The position numbers and the translations under genes are program-made. Shown here piece after piece: positions 42,000 to 54,417 of a DNA stretch of 64,000 nucleotides; positions within the stretch are counted from its first letter, which is position 1; each line of letters opens with the position of its first letter. Origin of the DNA: Callorhinchus milii (lineage: Eukaryota); the NCBI RefSeq assembly GCF_018977255.1, contig NW_024704742.1:12712001-12776000 (forward strand), written 5' to 3'. The notes beneath the pieces were generated by a model. It had not been told where the DNA came from, made no database searches, and saw nothing but the letters and a program-made list of their open reading frames with translations.

Positions 42000-44900
42000 A
42001 AAATTGGCACGAGTATTGGGGAAGATGGGAGCTTTTCCAAAGGAATGGGCTCCACCTAAATAGGGCTGGGACAAATGTCCTGGCTACACGAATAAATAGG
42101 GAGGTAGAAAGGGCTTTAAACTACTAAGGGGGGGGGGGGGGGAGGTAAAACATAGTAAAGTATAGTCCACCACAGTTAAACTTGAGATCAACAAAAGCAA
42201 GAGAGCAGATTAACAAGGAAGAAGAGCAAAGTGTCAAGCAGGGAAAGGAAGTACGGTGATAGAGTGCTGGTGAATAGGGTTAATAGCCAGAAGTCAGAAT
42301 TAAGGGCGCTATATCTGAATGCACGAAGCATTCGTAACAAGATAGATGTATTAGTTGCACAAATAGAGACAAACCGGTATGATTTGTGGAGTCCTGTAGC
42401 TCAGTGGTTAGAGCACTCGCTTTGCAAGCGAGAGACCTGAGTTCAATTCCAGGCAGGGCGAAACCTTGGGCAAGTTTCCTTACTCCACACCCCTAATAAT
42501 AATCCCTCCAAAACCAAAAACAATAAATAAATTGGTCATTTTCAATCTACGACTGTTTGTGGGACATTGCTGTGCGCAATTGGCTGCCGCGTTCGCCCAC
42601 AAATATACAGTCAATTCACTTTACAGTGTGTTCTGTGAAGCGCTTTGGGACGTCCTCTCGACGTGAAAAGCGCTATATCAAATGCAAGGATTATTATTAT
42701 TATTATTATCTAGTAGCCATCACCGAGACATGGTTACAGGGTGATCAGGGATCGGAACTGAATATTCCCGGCTACGTGGTATATAGGAAAGATAGGCGAT
42801 GTGGTAAATGAGGAGGGGGAGTGGCCCTGCTAATAAAGGATGGGATAAAAACAGTAGAGAGGAAAGATTTTAAATCTGAAAAGCAAGATGTAGAGTCAGT
42901 ATGGGTAGAGATACGTAACTTCAAGGGGCAGAAAACTATAGTGGGAGTAGTTTATAGACCCCCAAACAGTGGTCAAAGTATCGCTCAAGGTATAAATCAA
43001 GAGATTAGTGGAGCATGTAGCAAAGGAAAGACACTAATTGTGGGTGATTTTAACCTGCACATAGACTGGGACAACCAAATTGGGAAAGGTAACATAGAAG
43101 AGGAGTTTATAGAATGTATTAGAGATAATTTTCTAGATCAATATGCTGAGGAGCCGACCAGGGAACAAGCCATATTAGACCTTGTTTTGTGTAATGAAAC
43201 AGGGCTGATCAGCAAACTGGAACTTAAGGCTCCTCTAGGGCAAAGCGATCATAATATGATGGAATTTAGCGTTAAGTTAGAGAGGGAAGTAGTTAAGTCT
43301 GAAGCAAAAGTCTTCAATTTAAATCGAGCCAACTTTGCTGGTATGAGAGAGGATTTAGCCAGAATAAACTGGGAGACTAAACTTAAAGATTTGACGGTAG
43401 ACCAGCAATGGCAGACATTCAAGGAGATAGTGCAAAATTCCCAACGAGCACATATTCCTTTGAGGAATAAGAATGCCATGGGAAAGGTGGTGCAGCCATG
43501 GCTAACTAGAGCAGTTAGGGAAAGTATCAAATCAAAAGAAAAAGCCTATAAAACAGCGAAGATGAGTAGTAAACCCGAGGATTGGGAGAACTTTAGGGAA
43601 CAACAGAGGAGGACCAAAAAATTGATCAAGAGGGAGAAAATAGATTACGAGGGCAAACTAGCAAAGAACATAAAAACAGACTCCAAGAGTTTTTACAAAT
43701 ATATAAAGAGGAAAAGGCTAGCGAGGGTGAATGTGGGTCCATTACAGGCAGAGACCGGAGGAATTATAATAGGGGACAAAGACATGGCAGAGTCATTAAA
43801 CAAGTATTTTTCTACAGTCTTCACCGTAGAAGACACTGGAAACATACCAAAAATAGAGGACCAAGAAGACAATGTTAGCGAGCAACTTAGGGAGATTAAC
43901 ATTAGTAAAGAGATGGTTCTAGGTAAATTGTCGGGTCTTAAAACCGATAAATCCCCTGGACCGGATGGCCTGCATCCGAGAGTTTTAAAGGAGGTGGCTA
44001 CTGAGATAGTGGATGGCATGTCTATAATCTTCCAAAAGTCTGTGGATACTGGAAAAGTTCCCATTGATTGGAAGATTGCAAACGTAACTCCACTATTTAA
44101 GAAGGGTGGGAGAGAAAATAGGGAAAACTATAGACCAGTTAGTTTGACGTCAGTTGTAGGGAAAATTCTTGAGTCCTTAATAAAAGACGTAGTTATGGGA
44201 TACCTGGAAGACCATAAAAAGATTAGGCAGAGTCAACATGGCTTTACAAAAGGGAAGTCATGCTTGACTAACCTTTTAGAATTTTTTGAGGATGTATCCA
44301 GCAGGTTGGATAAGGGGGAACCAGTAGATGTGGTATATTTGGATTTTAGGAAGGCATTTGACAAGGTGCCACACAAAAGGCTGTTACTCAAGATCAAGGC
44401 CCACGGGATTAATGGGAAAATATTAACATGGATAGAAGAGTGGCTATCGGGTAGAAAGCAGAGAGTAGTGATAAACGGATCATTCTCGAATTGGCAGGAT
44501 GTAACTAGTGGAGTGCCACAAGGATCAGTGCTTGGGCCTCAGCTATTTACCATTTACATCAATGATCTGGACGAGGACATTGAATGTAATGTGTCTAAAT
44601 TCGCGGATGATACTAAACTAGGTAGCAGAGTGAGCTCTCAGGATGATGCAAAAAGATTGCAACAAGATATAGATAGGCTAGGGGAGTGGGCAAGTAGGTG
44701 GCAGATGGAATTCAATGTTAGCAAGTGTGAAATTATTCACCTTGGTAGCAAGAATAAAAGAACAGATTATTTTCTGGAAGGGGAGAAGTTAGATAGTGTT
44801 AGTATTGAAAGGGATTTGGGTGTCCTTGTACACCAGTCCCAAAAAATTAGTTTGCAGGTGCAGCAAGCAACTAAGAAGGCGAACGGCATGTAAGCGTTCA

Positions 44901-45486
44901 TTTCGAAAGGTTTAAAATATAAGAGTAGGGAAGTCTTGCTGCAGCTTTGGTGAGACCACACCTAGAGTATTGTGTATTATTTAAAAAAGGACTTGCCCTG
45001 GAGGGGGTGTAGCGTAGATTCACTCGGTTAGTTCCTGGGATGAGGGGACTGGCCTATGAGGATAGGCTGAATAAACTAGGGCTGTATTCTCTAGAGTACA
45101 GAAGAATTAGGGGAGATCTTATTGAAACTTATAAGATTCTTAAAGGGCTGGATAAAGTAGACACTGAGGGACTGTTCCCCTGGTGGGAGAATCTATAACC
45201 AGGGGTCACAGTCACAGCCTCTTAGAACAGAGTTGAGGAAACATTTCTTCACTCAGAGGGTAGTGAACTTATGGAATTCACTACCCCAGAAGGCTGTAGA
45301 TGCTCAGTCCTTGAACATTTTCAAGGCTGAGACTGATAGATTCTTGAAAAATGGAGGGATTAGGGAATATGGGGATAGGGCAGATAATCAGAGTTAGGTG
45401 AGAAGATCAGCCATGATCTTATTGAATGGCGGAGCAGGCATGAAGGGCCGAATGGCCTACTCCTGCTCCTAATTCTTATGTTCTTA
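42000..45486 (+). mobile_element. CR1 LINE: ORF1 C-terminus + nearly full ORF2 (690-aa open stretch) + 3' UTR
   Basis: ORF1 end NGLHLNRAGTNVLATRINREVERALN (SGNH esterase-like); LYLNARS, ITETWL, GDFN, SDHN, YLDFRKAFDKVPH, KFADDTK; stops at 42809 and 44891; tail attcttatgttctt. Confidence 0.95.
42388..42709 (+). mobile_element. young full-length tRNA(Ala)-derived SINE inserted in the CR1 endonuclease
   Basis: A box tagctcagtgg, anticodon arm ctcgc-tttgcaa-gcgag (TGC), B box gagttcaattcc, (TTA)n tail; splits RYD|LVAITETWL. Confidence 0.93.
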
Positions 45487-45549
45487 AATATACAATTTTC
45501 AGTGGGAAAAATATCCAAAGCACCTTAAGCCAAGCCATTTCCATCTTAC

Positions 45550-45589
45550 CTTGTGACATTGCATCCATGAGCTCTCCAGCATGCCAGCA
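45550..45589 (-). pseudogene. WD40 gene exon: (M)LACWRAHGCNVT(S) (open)
   Basis: aaag| ... |gtaaga, 40 nt. Confidence 0.85.
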
Positions 45590-45695
45590 CTTTGCAAGAA
45601 AATGAAATTATTGGAAAGGTTACTTAAAGCGCATTTTCATTTTTTTCCAATTTGTACCAAACTCAGCATGTTTGATTTAAAAGTCCAATTCTTAC

Positions 45696-45837
45696 TTTTG
45701 GGAGGACATGTTTCAGGTTCATGAAGCGCATAGTGAAGAACGTGCCAAATGTAAACATAGCCAAGATGGTCAGCAACACAAAGGAGCAAGCCATCCTCTC
45801 CAACATCCATATTATTCAATGTAGCTTTAGATCCAGA
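45696..45837 (-). pseudogene. WD40 gene exon: SGSKATLNNMDVGEDGLLLCVADHLGYVYIWHV...CPPK (open)
   Basis: atcag| ... |gtaaga, 142 nt. Confidence 0.88.
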
Positions 45838-45939
45838 CTGATAAAATAAAACAGTTGTATTTTGTTAACAGTTGTTAAAATTAATTACATTTCCAGGATT
45901 GAAATACTAATTCCTTTACTCTTTTACTTATCAATTCTT

Positions 45940-46290
45940 GGGCGGGGCAAAACCTTGGGCAAGTTTCCTTACTCCACACGCCTTTGTTTACCTAGCAGTA
46001 AGTAGGAACCCTGTTCTTAATGCCTTCAGCTCCCCTCTCGACTCTCTACCCCCTCCTCGCTCCCTCTCTTCCCTCCCCTCACCCTGACCATTTCCCCCCT
46101 GCTTGAGTCCTGACCCAACTGTACAGCGCCTTGGGACGTCCTCCCGACGTGAAAGGCGCTCAATAAATGTAATGTTGTTGTTGTTGCTTTCCTGGGGTAA
46201 TAATCCCTCCAAAAAAAATAATAATTTGGTCACTCAATTGTTCAACACTGTTTGTGGGACATTGGGCAATTGACTGCTGCATTTAGTCCA
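45940..46290 (+). mobile_element. SINE fragment split by an L2 3' tail (46020-46186)
   Basis: SINE sequence resumes after (ttg)n; L2 tail nearly identical to 29273-29443. Confidence 0.8.
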
Positions 46291-46344
46291 CAAAATACAC
46301 AATAGTAGACAATTATTATTTTGAAGGGATTATTACTCCTGGAA

Positions 46345-46488
46345 AGCAATCCCCAATCGACTAACAACCAAGTAAACAGAGGTGTGTGAAGTAAGGAAAC
46401 TTGCCTAAGGTTTCGCCCTGCCTGGAAATTGAACCTGGATCCTCTTGTTTGCGAGGCCAGCGCACTAACTATTACGCTACAGGACTCC
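46345..46488 (-). mobile_element. tRNA-SINE 5' half
   Basis: reverse complement of the ggagtcctgtagc head. Confidence 0.8.
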
Positions 46489-48264
46489 TTAGCACTCCAA
46501 TGTACACATTGGTTTGTTAGGATAACAAGTCCAAATATCTGAAATCCATCGCCGAGGTATGTAAAGCCTACTGCATGAACATCAAGCACCATTACAGAAA
46601 TCAAAACAGAAAATCTAGAAATGCCACAGCACAACACAGATCAGCATCTGAAAAGGAAAGTTTGTTTATGGATCAAACTCAAAACAGTAAAATGTTTCTC
46701 AATCAGATGTTGACTTCCTTTGGGTAAATTTTGAGTATTTTTTAGTTTTGTTTCAGATTTCCAGCACACACAGTTTATTTGCTATCTGTAGTGTTACACA
46801 TTTTTGTTGAGGAAAATAATATTTTCAAGCAGTATGGGCTTTGACAAAACTCTGCAGCTTGTGAAATGTCATCAACACTGAATCAGATGGTTGGCACAGA
46901 CACCCTTATGAAAGACTTGCACAAATTTACCACTTTCACTCAGTCCCAAAGGAGCTAATTACTCAATAAAATTAACCTACTATAGAGCCACAATCTTCCT
47001 AGCTTACAGTAGTCTATTGTGCAATATACACGTGTGCTATACAGTGCTATACAGTGAGGTTTATATTACAATTTACATTTAGCCACCACCTTTCACGTTA
47101 GGAGGACATCTCAAATTGCTTAAAGGTTTACAAGCATAATTGGAGAATTGAGGGACTAGGGAAGGGGTTAGAGAGAAAGGATCTTTGGCTGCTGACCCAT
47201 CTTCCAATCTGCCTTTCCTCTCCAAGGTGCTGTTGTCCAAGTTGTCACCTCCCAGCACTCCCTCCTTGAGCCCTCCAATTAGGTTTCCACCCGACCCATG
47301 GTCAAAGTCACTAAAGAAATTCTCCCCATCTACAATCAGGATTCTTTCTGCTGCCTTTGACACTATTGACCATTTTATCCTTCTCCGAGGCATCACTCCA
47401 GGAAATTGCAGATGACAAACCAGCAAGCTTGGCTGATCATGAGGGCTTGGAGGGCAGGCAGATATTTATCCCATTCAGCTCCTGTTAGACCTGTAAGACA
47501 AAACCGTAATGGGTAGGGGTGGTCCTAGCCGGACAAGCAGCAGGAAAGCTTGCCAGATGGTGTTTTCAATTGCAAGCTATGTGGTTTTAGCTGCTTAAAC
47601 TCTAGCAGTTACCCCAAACGCACACCTAAGTCTTGATTCTTCCCAATCTGCATCAAATGCTTTCTGCGAAGTGCTTTGAGACCTTCTCTTGATGCCCAAG
47701 GTACTATATCAATGTAAAAGCATTCTTGTTACAGTGGTAACATACATGTCTGTCTTAGGCTGATTGATTGTTTCCTACAGGCAAACAGAATCATAGAATG
47801 TTGCAACCCAGAAACAGACCATAACTTCTGTTGTGTTCGTGTCCACATCATCCACCATGTCTAATCCCACTCTCCGACTTGCTGCTCATACCCTTTAATA
47901 TTCCTGGTCAATTATCTAGCTATTTTCAAGTGAATGATGGATTGAGGGCTGCTCCCAACTATGCTCAGTGCAAAGAAATAGCCTGAGTAAAAACCTCTTG
48001 TAATTGTACAGTGCCTTCCACATCTCATGGTCCTTCACCAAAACGTTGTGAATCACTGAACAAAGTGGGACCATGTGGCTAGCACTCAGTATCAGACAAC
48101 AACAACAAATTACATTTGTATAGACTCTGCAATTCTCTTAAACTGTTTCTACCTGCTTCCCCAGATGGAGGCTTTATAGGAGCACCAGGAAGAGCAAGAG
48201 AACAAGAAAAAGAAGATAACAAAATGATCAATATATAAAACCATATAAAATACTCAAAACTTAC

Positions 48265-48323
48265 ACATTGAAAGTGGGACCATAGTTTTCCACCACTAAA
48301 AACATTCCAAAAATGGATGTGAC
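48265..48323 (-). pseudogene. WD40 gene exon: (G)HIHFWNVFSGGKLWSHFQC (open)
   Basis: ttaag| ... |gtaagt, 59 nt. Confidence 0.85.
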
Positions 48324-48990
48324 CTTAAAGTAGAAATATAACAGTAAAATCAGAGAACGAATATATGAGACGGACCTTGCTTGCAATGTACGATGTCCAA
48401 ATGAAAATGGCGCCTCTTCTAAATTCAGAAACAGTGCACATGTGCTGGACGGCTCGTCCATCAGGACGGCAATCGCTGTTTGCTTATTGGCTGCTGCCTA
48501 GGTCCTGACCGCCCCACTTCTGTGTTTCAGTTTTTCCCTCCTATTTTCACTCAGTTTCTTTTCACTTTCTTCCTTTTGTTTTCTTTTTTTCGTCTTCCTC
48601 AACATTCATTCCGGTTCTTACTTGTGGGATACTGATGGCACAGATTGGCTGCCACATTTGCCAGCATAACAACACAGGAGTAAATGCAATACTTCAAAAT
48701 ACAAAGTTCATTCATCTCTTTGTTATTAATTTTACATTTAGCTGTCGCTATTTCACAGATATGGAGTCTTTTTCCTGGTTTATATTCCCCTCCTATTCCA
48801 AACTTATCACCAAATTGATATTAATTTGGGGATTGCACAAGTTTACAGGGCTACGGGGAGAGAGCGGGGGAGTGGGATTGATTTGGATAGCTCTTTTCAA
48901 AGAGCTGACACAGACACAATGGGCCAATGGCTTCCTTCTGTGCTGTATAATTCTATGATTCTATAAATTGGCAGCTCCACACGTTGTTTA

Positions 48991-51070
48991 CATAGGAACA
49001 CAGGAATTAGGAGCAGGAGTAGGCCATTCAGCACCTCGAGACTGCCCCGCCATTCAATAAGATCATGGCTGATCTTCTAACCTAACTCCATCTGCCTGCC
49101 TTATCCCCATAACCCTTAATCCTCTATCCTTTAGAAATCTATCAATCTCAGTCTTGAATATGTTCAAGGACTGAGCATTTACAGCCTTCTGGGGGAGGGA
49201 ATTCCATAAATTCCCTACCCTATGAGTGAAGAAGTGTTTCCTCAACTCTATTCGGAAAGGCTGCCCCTTAATCTTAAGGCTGTGACCCCCACACAATATT
49301 CTAGGTGCAGTCTCACCAAGGCCCTATACAGTTGCACCAAGACTTCCCTACTCTTGTATTCTAACCCTTTTGCAATAAACGCCAACATGCCATTAGCCTT
49401 CCTAGTTGCTTGCTGTACCTGCATAGTAACTTTTTGTGACTGGTATACAAGGACACCCAAATCCCTCTGAACACTAACACTATCTAATCTCTCCCCCTCT
49501 AGAAAATAATCTGCTTTTCTGTTTTTACTACCTAGGTGAATAACTTCACACTTCCCCACATTATATTCCATCTGCCACCTTCTTGCCCACACACCTAGCT
49601 ATCTATCCCTTTGCAATCTTTTTGTGTCATCCTCAGAGCTTACTCTCCCACCTAGCTTAGTATCATCTGCGAATTTAGATATTTTAAGTTCTATGGCCTC
49701 GTCTAGATTATTGATATAGATTGTAAATAGTTGAGGCCCAAGCACTGATCCTTGAGGCACTCCACTAGTCACATCTTGCCAATCTGAGAAGGACCCGTTT
49801 ATCCCTACGCTCTGTTTTCTTCTCATTAGTCACTCTTCGATCCATGTTAATATATTGCCTTTAATACCATGGGCCCTAATCTTGTGTAGCAGCCTTTTAT
49901 GTGGCACCATGTTCAATGCCTTCTGAAAATCTAAATACACTACATCTACTGGTCCCCCCCCCCCCCCCCCGCCCCCATCTAACCTGATAGTTACATCCTC
50001 AAAGAACTCTAAAAGATTTGTTAAGCATGACTTCTCTGCCTAATCATGTTATGGTCTTCTAAGTACCCCGCTACAACGTCCCTAATTAAGGATTCTAGAA
50101 TTCTCCCTACCACGGATGTCAGACTGTCTGGTCTATAGTTCCCCATCTTCTCTCTCCCACACTTCTACAATCTTGGAGTTACGTTTGCGATCTTCCAATC
50201 AATGGGAATCGTTCCAGAATCCAGAGAACATCAAAAACAAGGCATCTACTATCTCAGTCCCCACCTCTTTTAAAATCCTAGGATGCAGGCCATCAGGTCC
50301 AGGGGATTTGTCATTTTTCAATCCCAACAGTTTCCCTAGTATTAATTCTTTACTGATGTTAATTTCCCTAAGTTGCTCACTAACATTAGGTTTTTGGTTC
50401 CCCTCTCTTTTTAGTAAGTTTTCAGTGTCTTCTAACGTGAAGACAGAAGCAAAGTATTTGTTTAATGACTCTGCCATATCTTTATCCCCCATTATAATTC
50501 CTCCTGTCTCTGCCTGTATTGGACCCACATTCACTTTTGATAGATATTTGTAAAAACTCTTGCAGTCTGTCTTTATGTTCCTAGCTAGTTTGCCCTCATA
50601 ATCCATTTTCTCCCTCATAATCAGTTTCTTAGTTTGTCTCTGAAGCCCTCCCAATCCTCGGGTTTACTGCTCTTTTTGATAGTATTATAGGTCTCTTCTT
50701 TTAATTTTATACTTTCCCTAACTGCTCTAGTTAGCCATGGTTGAACCACTTTTCCTGTGGTATTTTATTCCTCAAGGGAATATATAATCGCTGGGAATTA
50801 TGTACTATATCTTTGAAAGTTTGCCATTGCTGGTCTACTGTCATATCCTTTATTCTAATTTCCCAGTCTATTTTAGCTAAATCCTCTCTCATACCTGCAA
50901 AGTTGGCTCTATTTAAATTTAAGACCCTTGCTTCGGACTTAACTACATCGCTCTCTAATTTAATGCTAAATTCCATCATGTTATGGTCACTCTGTCCTAG
51001 AGGAGCCTTAACTTCTAGATTGCTGATTAGCCCTATTTCATTACACAAAACAAGATCTAAGATCGCCTTT
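48991..51070 (-). mobile_element. CR1 LINE, internally deleted ORF2, same subfamily as the 42000 element
   Basis: KAPLGQSDHNMMEFS, DKSPGPDGLHP, GVPQGSVLGPQLF, KFADDTK. Confidence 0.93.
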
Positions 51071-51620
51071 TATTTATTTGACCTATATTTATTTATTTTG
51101 TATTTATTGGTCCGATGTTTATTGGACATTGCAAGTGCAGATTAGCTGCCATGTTTGCCTATATAACAACATTCAGAAGAGATGTTAAATCGAGGCTGTT
51201 CATTAAAGATTCCATGGCACGATTTGAAAAGAGAAGTGAGCGTTTTCCAGTGTCCAGGCTAACAATCCCCCAAATAAAATTGGTCCTTTACATCATGACT
51301 GTTTGTGGGACATCACTGTGCACAAATTGGCTGCTGCATTCGCCCACGGGACATCCTCCTGATTTGAAAGACACTCTACCAAATATAAGGATTTATTTTT
51401 ATTATTTATTCACTTCATTTCTCATCATTTGTATATGAGAAATGAAGCGAACAGTGCTTTGAAACATTTATTTTTTTACCTGGAAGCTGCTATACAAATA
51501 TAAATTATTGTTGGCACTAACGTATTGAATGCGCAGAATCAAAATTAATTTTCACCTGCCTGCTTTAGATACAGTATTTTTTTACATTTGAAAAGTCACA
51601 GTGGTTTTGCATATACTGAC

Positions 51621-51713
51621 CTCTCGGTCCGCTGGCAACCAGCGATCCTGACGCTTTCCTACTTGCAGCTCAAGATCTGATGAAAAGCACTTTGCTGATG
51701 GTCAGGTCTTCAC
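51621..51713 (-). pseudogene. WD40 gene exon: EDLTISKVLFIRS*AASRKASGSLVASGPR
   Basis: ggcag| ... |gtcagt, 93 nt, in-frame TGA at 51670-51672. Confidence 0.85.
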
Positions 51714-53148
51714 CTGCCAGAGTACAGTTACACACCAGAGAACAGATGAGGCAAGCAATTTTGTAGCAACTTCAAAAGCTATCTCCCTCTCTGGCTCTCT
51801 CTCTCTCACCTCGCTGACTCCCTCCTTACCTCCCTCCTACCATTTGTTGGATATCAAGAAAGGTCACCCAGCATTCCATTTAGGCAAAATCTGTTAAGCC
51901 AACCATTACTAGTTCCATAAAGTTACACCATGGAGGGATTACAACAAAGCAATACTACCGCGGGTCGGGATGTTCAGCAGCCGAGGTTCCAATCTGTCTT
52001 GTCTGGGTGTTCAAGCTTTTTGATCTTCCATCAAGTCTTCCCTCGTGCTCCTCCGATCTTTTCCTTCTTTGTTCTCCCTGTCTTTATATTCTCATCCCAC
52101 TCCCTCTATACCTTCCTCCAATCTCTTATCAGTCAATAACAACCCGTTATTAACATATCCAATCATGTTTCCTTCAACCCTCTTTCTTTGTACTGACTCC
52201 ATATGTTCCATGACCTCTCACCCCTCTTGACCCTTGTTAGTATGTTAATTCTGTACCCTTATGCTAACACATCCTCTCTCTCCGACTCCTCTCTCTCCCT
52301 GCTCTCTTTCTCTTTGAGTCTCTCCCTCTGACTCTCTCCATCCCTCTATGACTTCCTCCGTTCTCTCTTTCTCCCACACTTCCTCCTCTCTCTCTTTTTC
52401 CCTTCTTCCCTCCAATTACCCCCTCCACTCTCTCTCTCTGATCCCCTCCCTCCTATATTTATCATACCGTTGATTCCTGAGATCATATATTCACTCCCTG
52501 GCTGTTCGTGGGACATTTGCTGTGCGCAAATTGGCTGCCACATTCACCCACCCAAAAAACACAATCATACCATTTTACATCCTGTAAAGTGCTTTGAGAA
52601 GTCCTGATGACATGATAAGGCGTGATATCAAATGCAAGGATTATTATTTGTGGTGTTCTTTCAAGGCATTCCAACACTCAGAGATCCACCACATAGAGAC
52701 TGGTTGACCCAATAATCAGGAGAGAAAATTAAACCTCCTTTACTGGAATTACAAAATTAACAAGATTTTAAACCTGCTGGGTCAAATCCAAATTAGCAAT
52801 CACTTTAAGATGTGGGTTGATAGACAGCCTGAACCATAATCATAGCCATTCATTAATTCAGAGAAAATTTCTCAAGTTGTTAAAATCTCCCCTCCTAAAA
52901 TTTAACTGATAAAATGTAGGAAAATTAGTAAATTCAGTCTTAATTTTGGACAGTTTTTCTTGTACTGCAGAAAAACAACTTCCAAAGACTGAGTTTAAGA
53001 ATTTTCCAAAATTCTGCACAATCCTAAATTTTAAGGCAGTGGTCTTAATAAGAAATAAGAATTTCAATTGTCAAAAGACCCAGTTTTATTACCCAACTAC
53101 TGAGTTATTATTATTATTAGAAAGTAAGGATGAACAGCCCATACTTAC

Positions 53149-53300
53149 CTGACGCTGCCTGAAGCACTGGACTGGTGGTGGAGTGAAGATGGCAAAAGAT
53201 CAGACCTGAAACGAAGTTCCACACAATAATTTCACCATCGTAACTGGAGCTGGCCAGCAGGTTGGGCGACCGACAAAACCTCATCATTGTGGCTGTTTTT
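53149..53300 (-). pseudogene. WD40 gene exon: KNSHNDEVLSVA / frameshift / PNLLASSSYDGEIIVWNFVSGLIFCHLH...
   Basis: tacag| ... |gtaagt; 152 nt; the two halves of one WD repeat are in different frames. Confidence 0.88.
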
Positions 53301-53639
53301 CTGTAATTATTTGAAATTGAAAAGAAAACAAAATTGAAACCATTTACAGGGTCCGCGCCGTGGTCTGGAATGTGTACGTCATGTTTAAAAAACAGTGCAC
53401 TGGTTGAGGCAATGTTGGGCTGTGTGAGGTTGGTTACTGTGATTGGTGCTTACAGCAATTACCATCAAACTGGAAGAATGTTATTTTCTGAATTACAGAC
53501 ATGATAAAATGCCACTGATGGTAGGTAGAACCACCCAATAAAGTACAAAATGTGGGTCAAAATTCTCCATCAATTCTCTTCAATGACAATACAGAAATGG
53601 GCCTGTGACCATGGTTAATACCTTTGACTTAGTCTTCCT

Positions 53640-54385
53640 GGTGTCAGCCTGGCTCAATCAGTAGCACTCTAGCTTCCAAGTCCGAAGGTGAACCCCCACG
53701 TTAGGATTTTGAACTCATTTAATCTTGGCTGGCACTCCAATGCAATGCTGGGGGTGTGCTGGCTTTTTGGAGGTGCCGACCTTTGAATGAGATGTTAAGC
53801 CATGTCTGCCTCTTCAGGTTAAAGAATCTATGGCACTATTCAACTTCAAGATCCTCACTCTTGTCCACAAATCCCTTTCTGCCCTAGCACCTCCCTACCT
53901 TTCTGATCTACTTACTTCACTACCCGCCACCTCCGCTCCGCTGGTTCTGGCCTTCTGCTTGTCCCAACCACTTCACCATTGGCAGGTGTACTTTCAGCCA
54001 CTGCACCCCAAAACTTTGGAACTCTTCCTCAATCCCTCCATCCTGCCCTCTCCTTCCCCTTTCTCAGTTCACGCCTGAAGACATTCCTCTTCGAACGTGC
54101 TTATAGTCACCTCCTCCCTAACCCCAGCTCGGCATCAAGCTCCACTTCCGTTAAGCATTCCGAGACCGGTTTCTCCCGGTGTCTTGGCCAACAATCCCCC
54201 AAATAAAATTGACTGTTTAAGCAACATTGCTATGTGCAAATAGGCTACCTCACAACAACTTGCACTTATGGCCATAAGCATGGTACAAGATACAGTCACT
54301 ACACTTTACAATAAATCTTGTGAAGCACTTTGAGATATCCTTCTGATGTAAAGCATACTGCATCATATGTAAGGATTATCACTAT
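53640..54385 (+). mobile_element. older SINE split by an L2 fragment (about 53840-54160)
   Basis: SINE core stops at ggcactattc and resumes at ttctcccggtgtcttggccaac; FKILTLVHKSL..APPYLSDL in between. Confidence 0.7.
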
Positions 54386-54417
54386 TATTCTTGAAGAACT
54401 TGCAAAACTCAAACTAA

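Noticed and set aside
42388..42460. tRNA-Ala(TGC) gene
   Set aside because: Acceptor stem does not pair and the sequence continues into a SINE body and tail present in many copies.
42821..44893. Domesticated RT gene
   Set aside because: Flanked by stops and a SINE insertion within an ordinary CR1 copy.
51670..51672. Selenocysteine or readthrough TGA
   Set aside because: The gene has several other frameshifts and stops; nonsense mutation is simpler and no SECIS was recognised.
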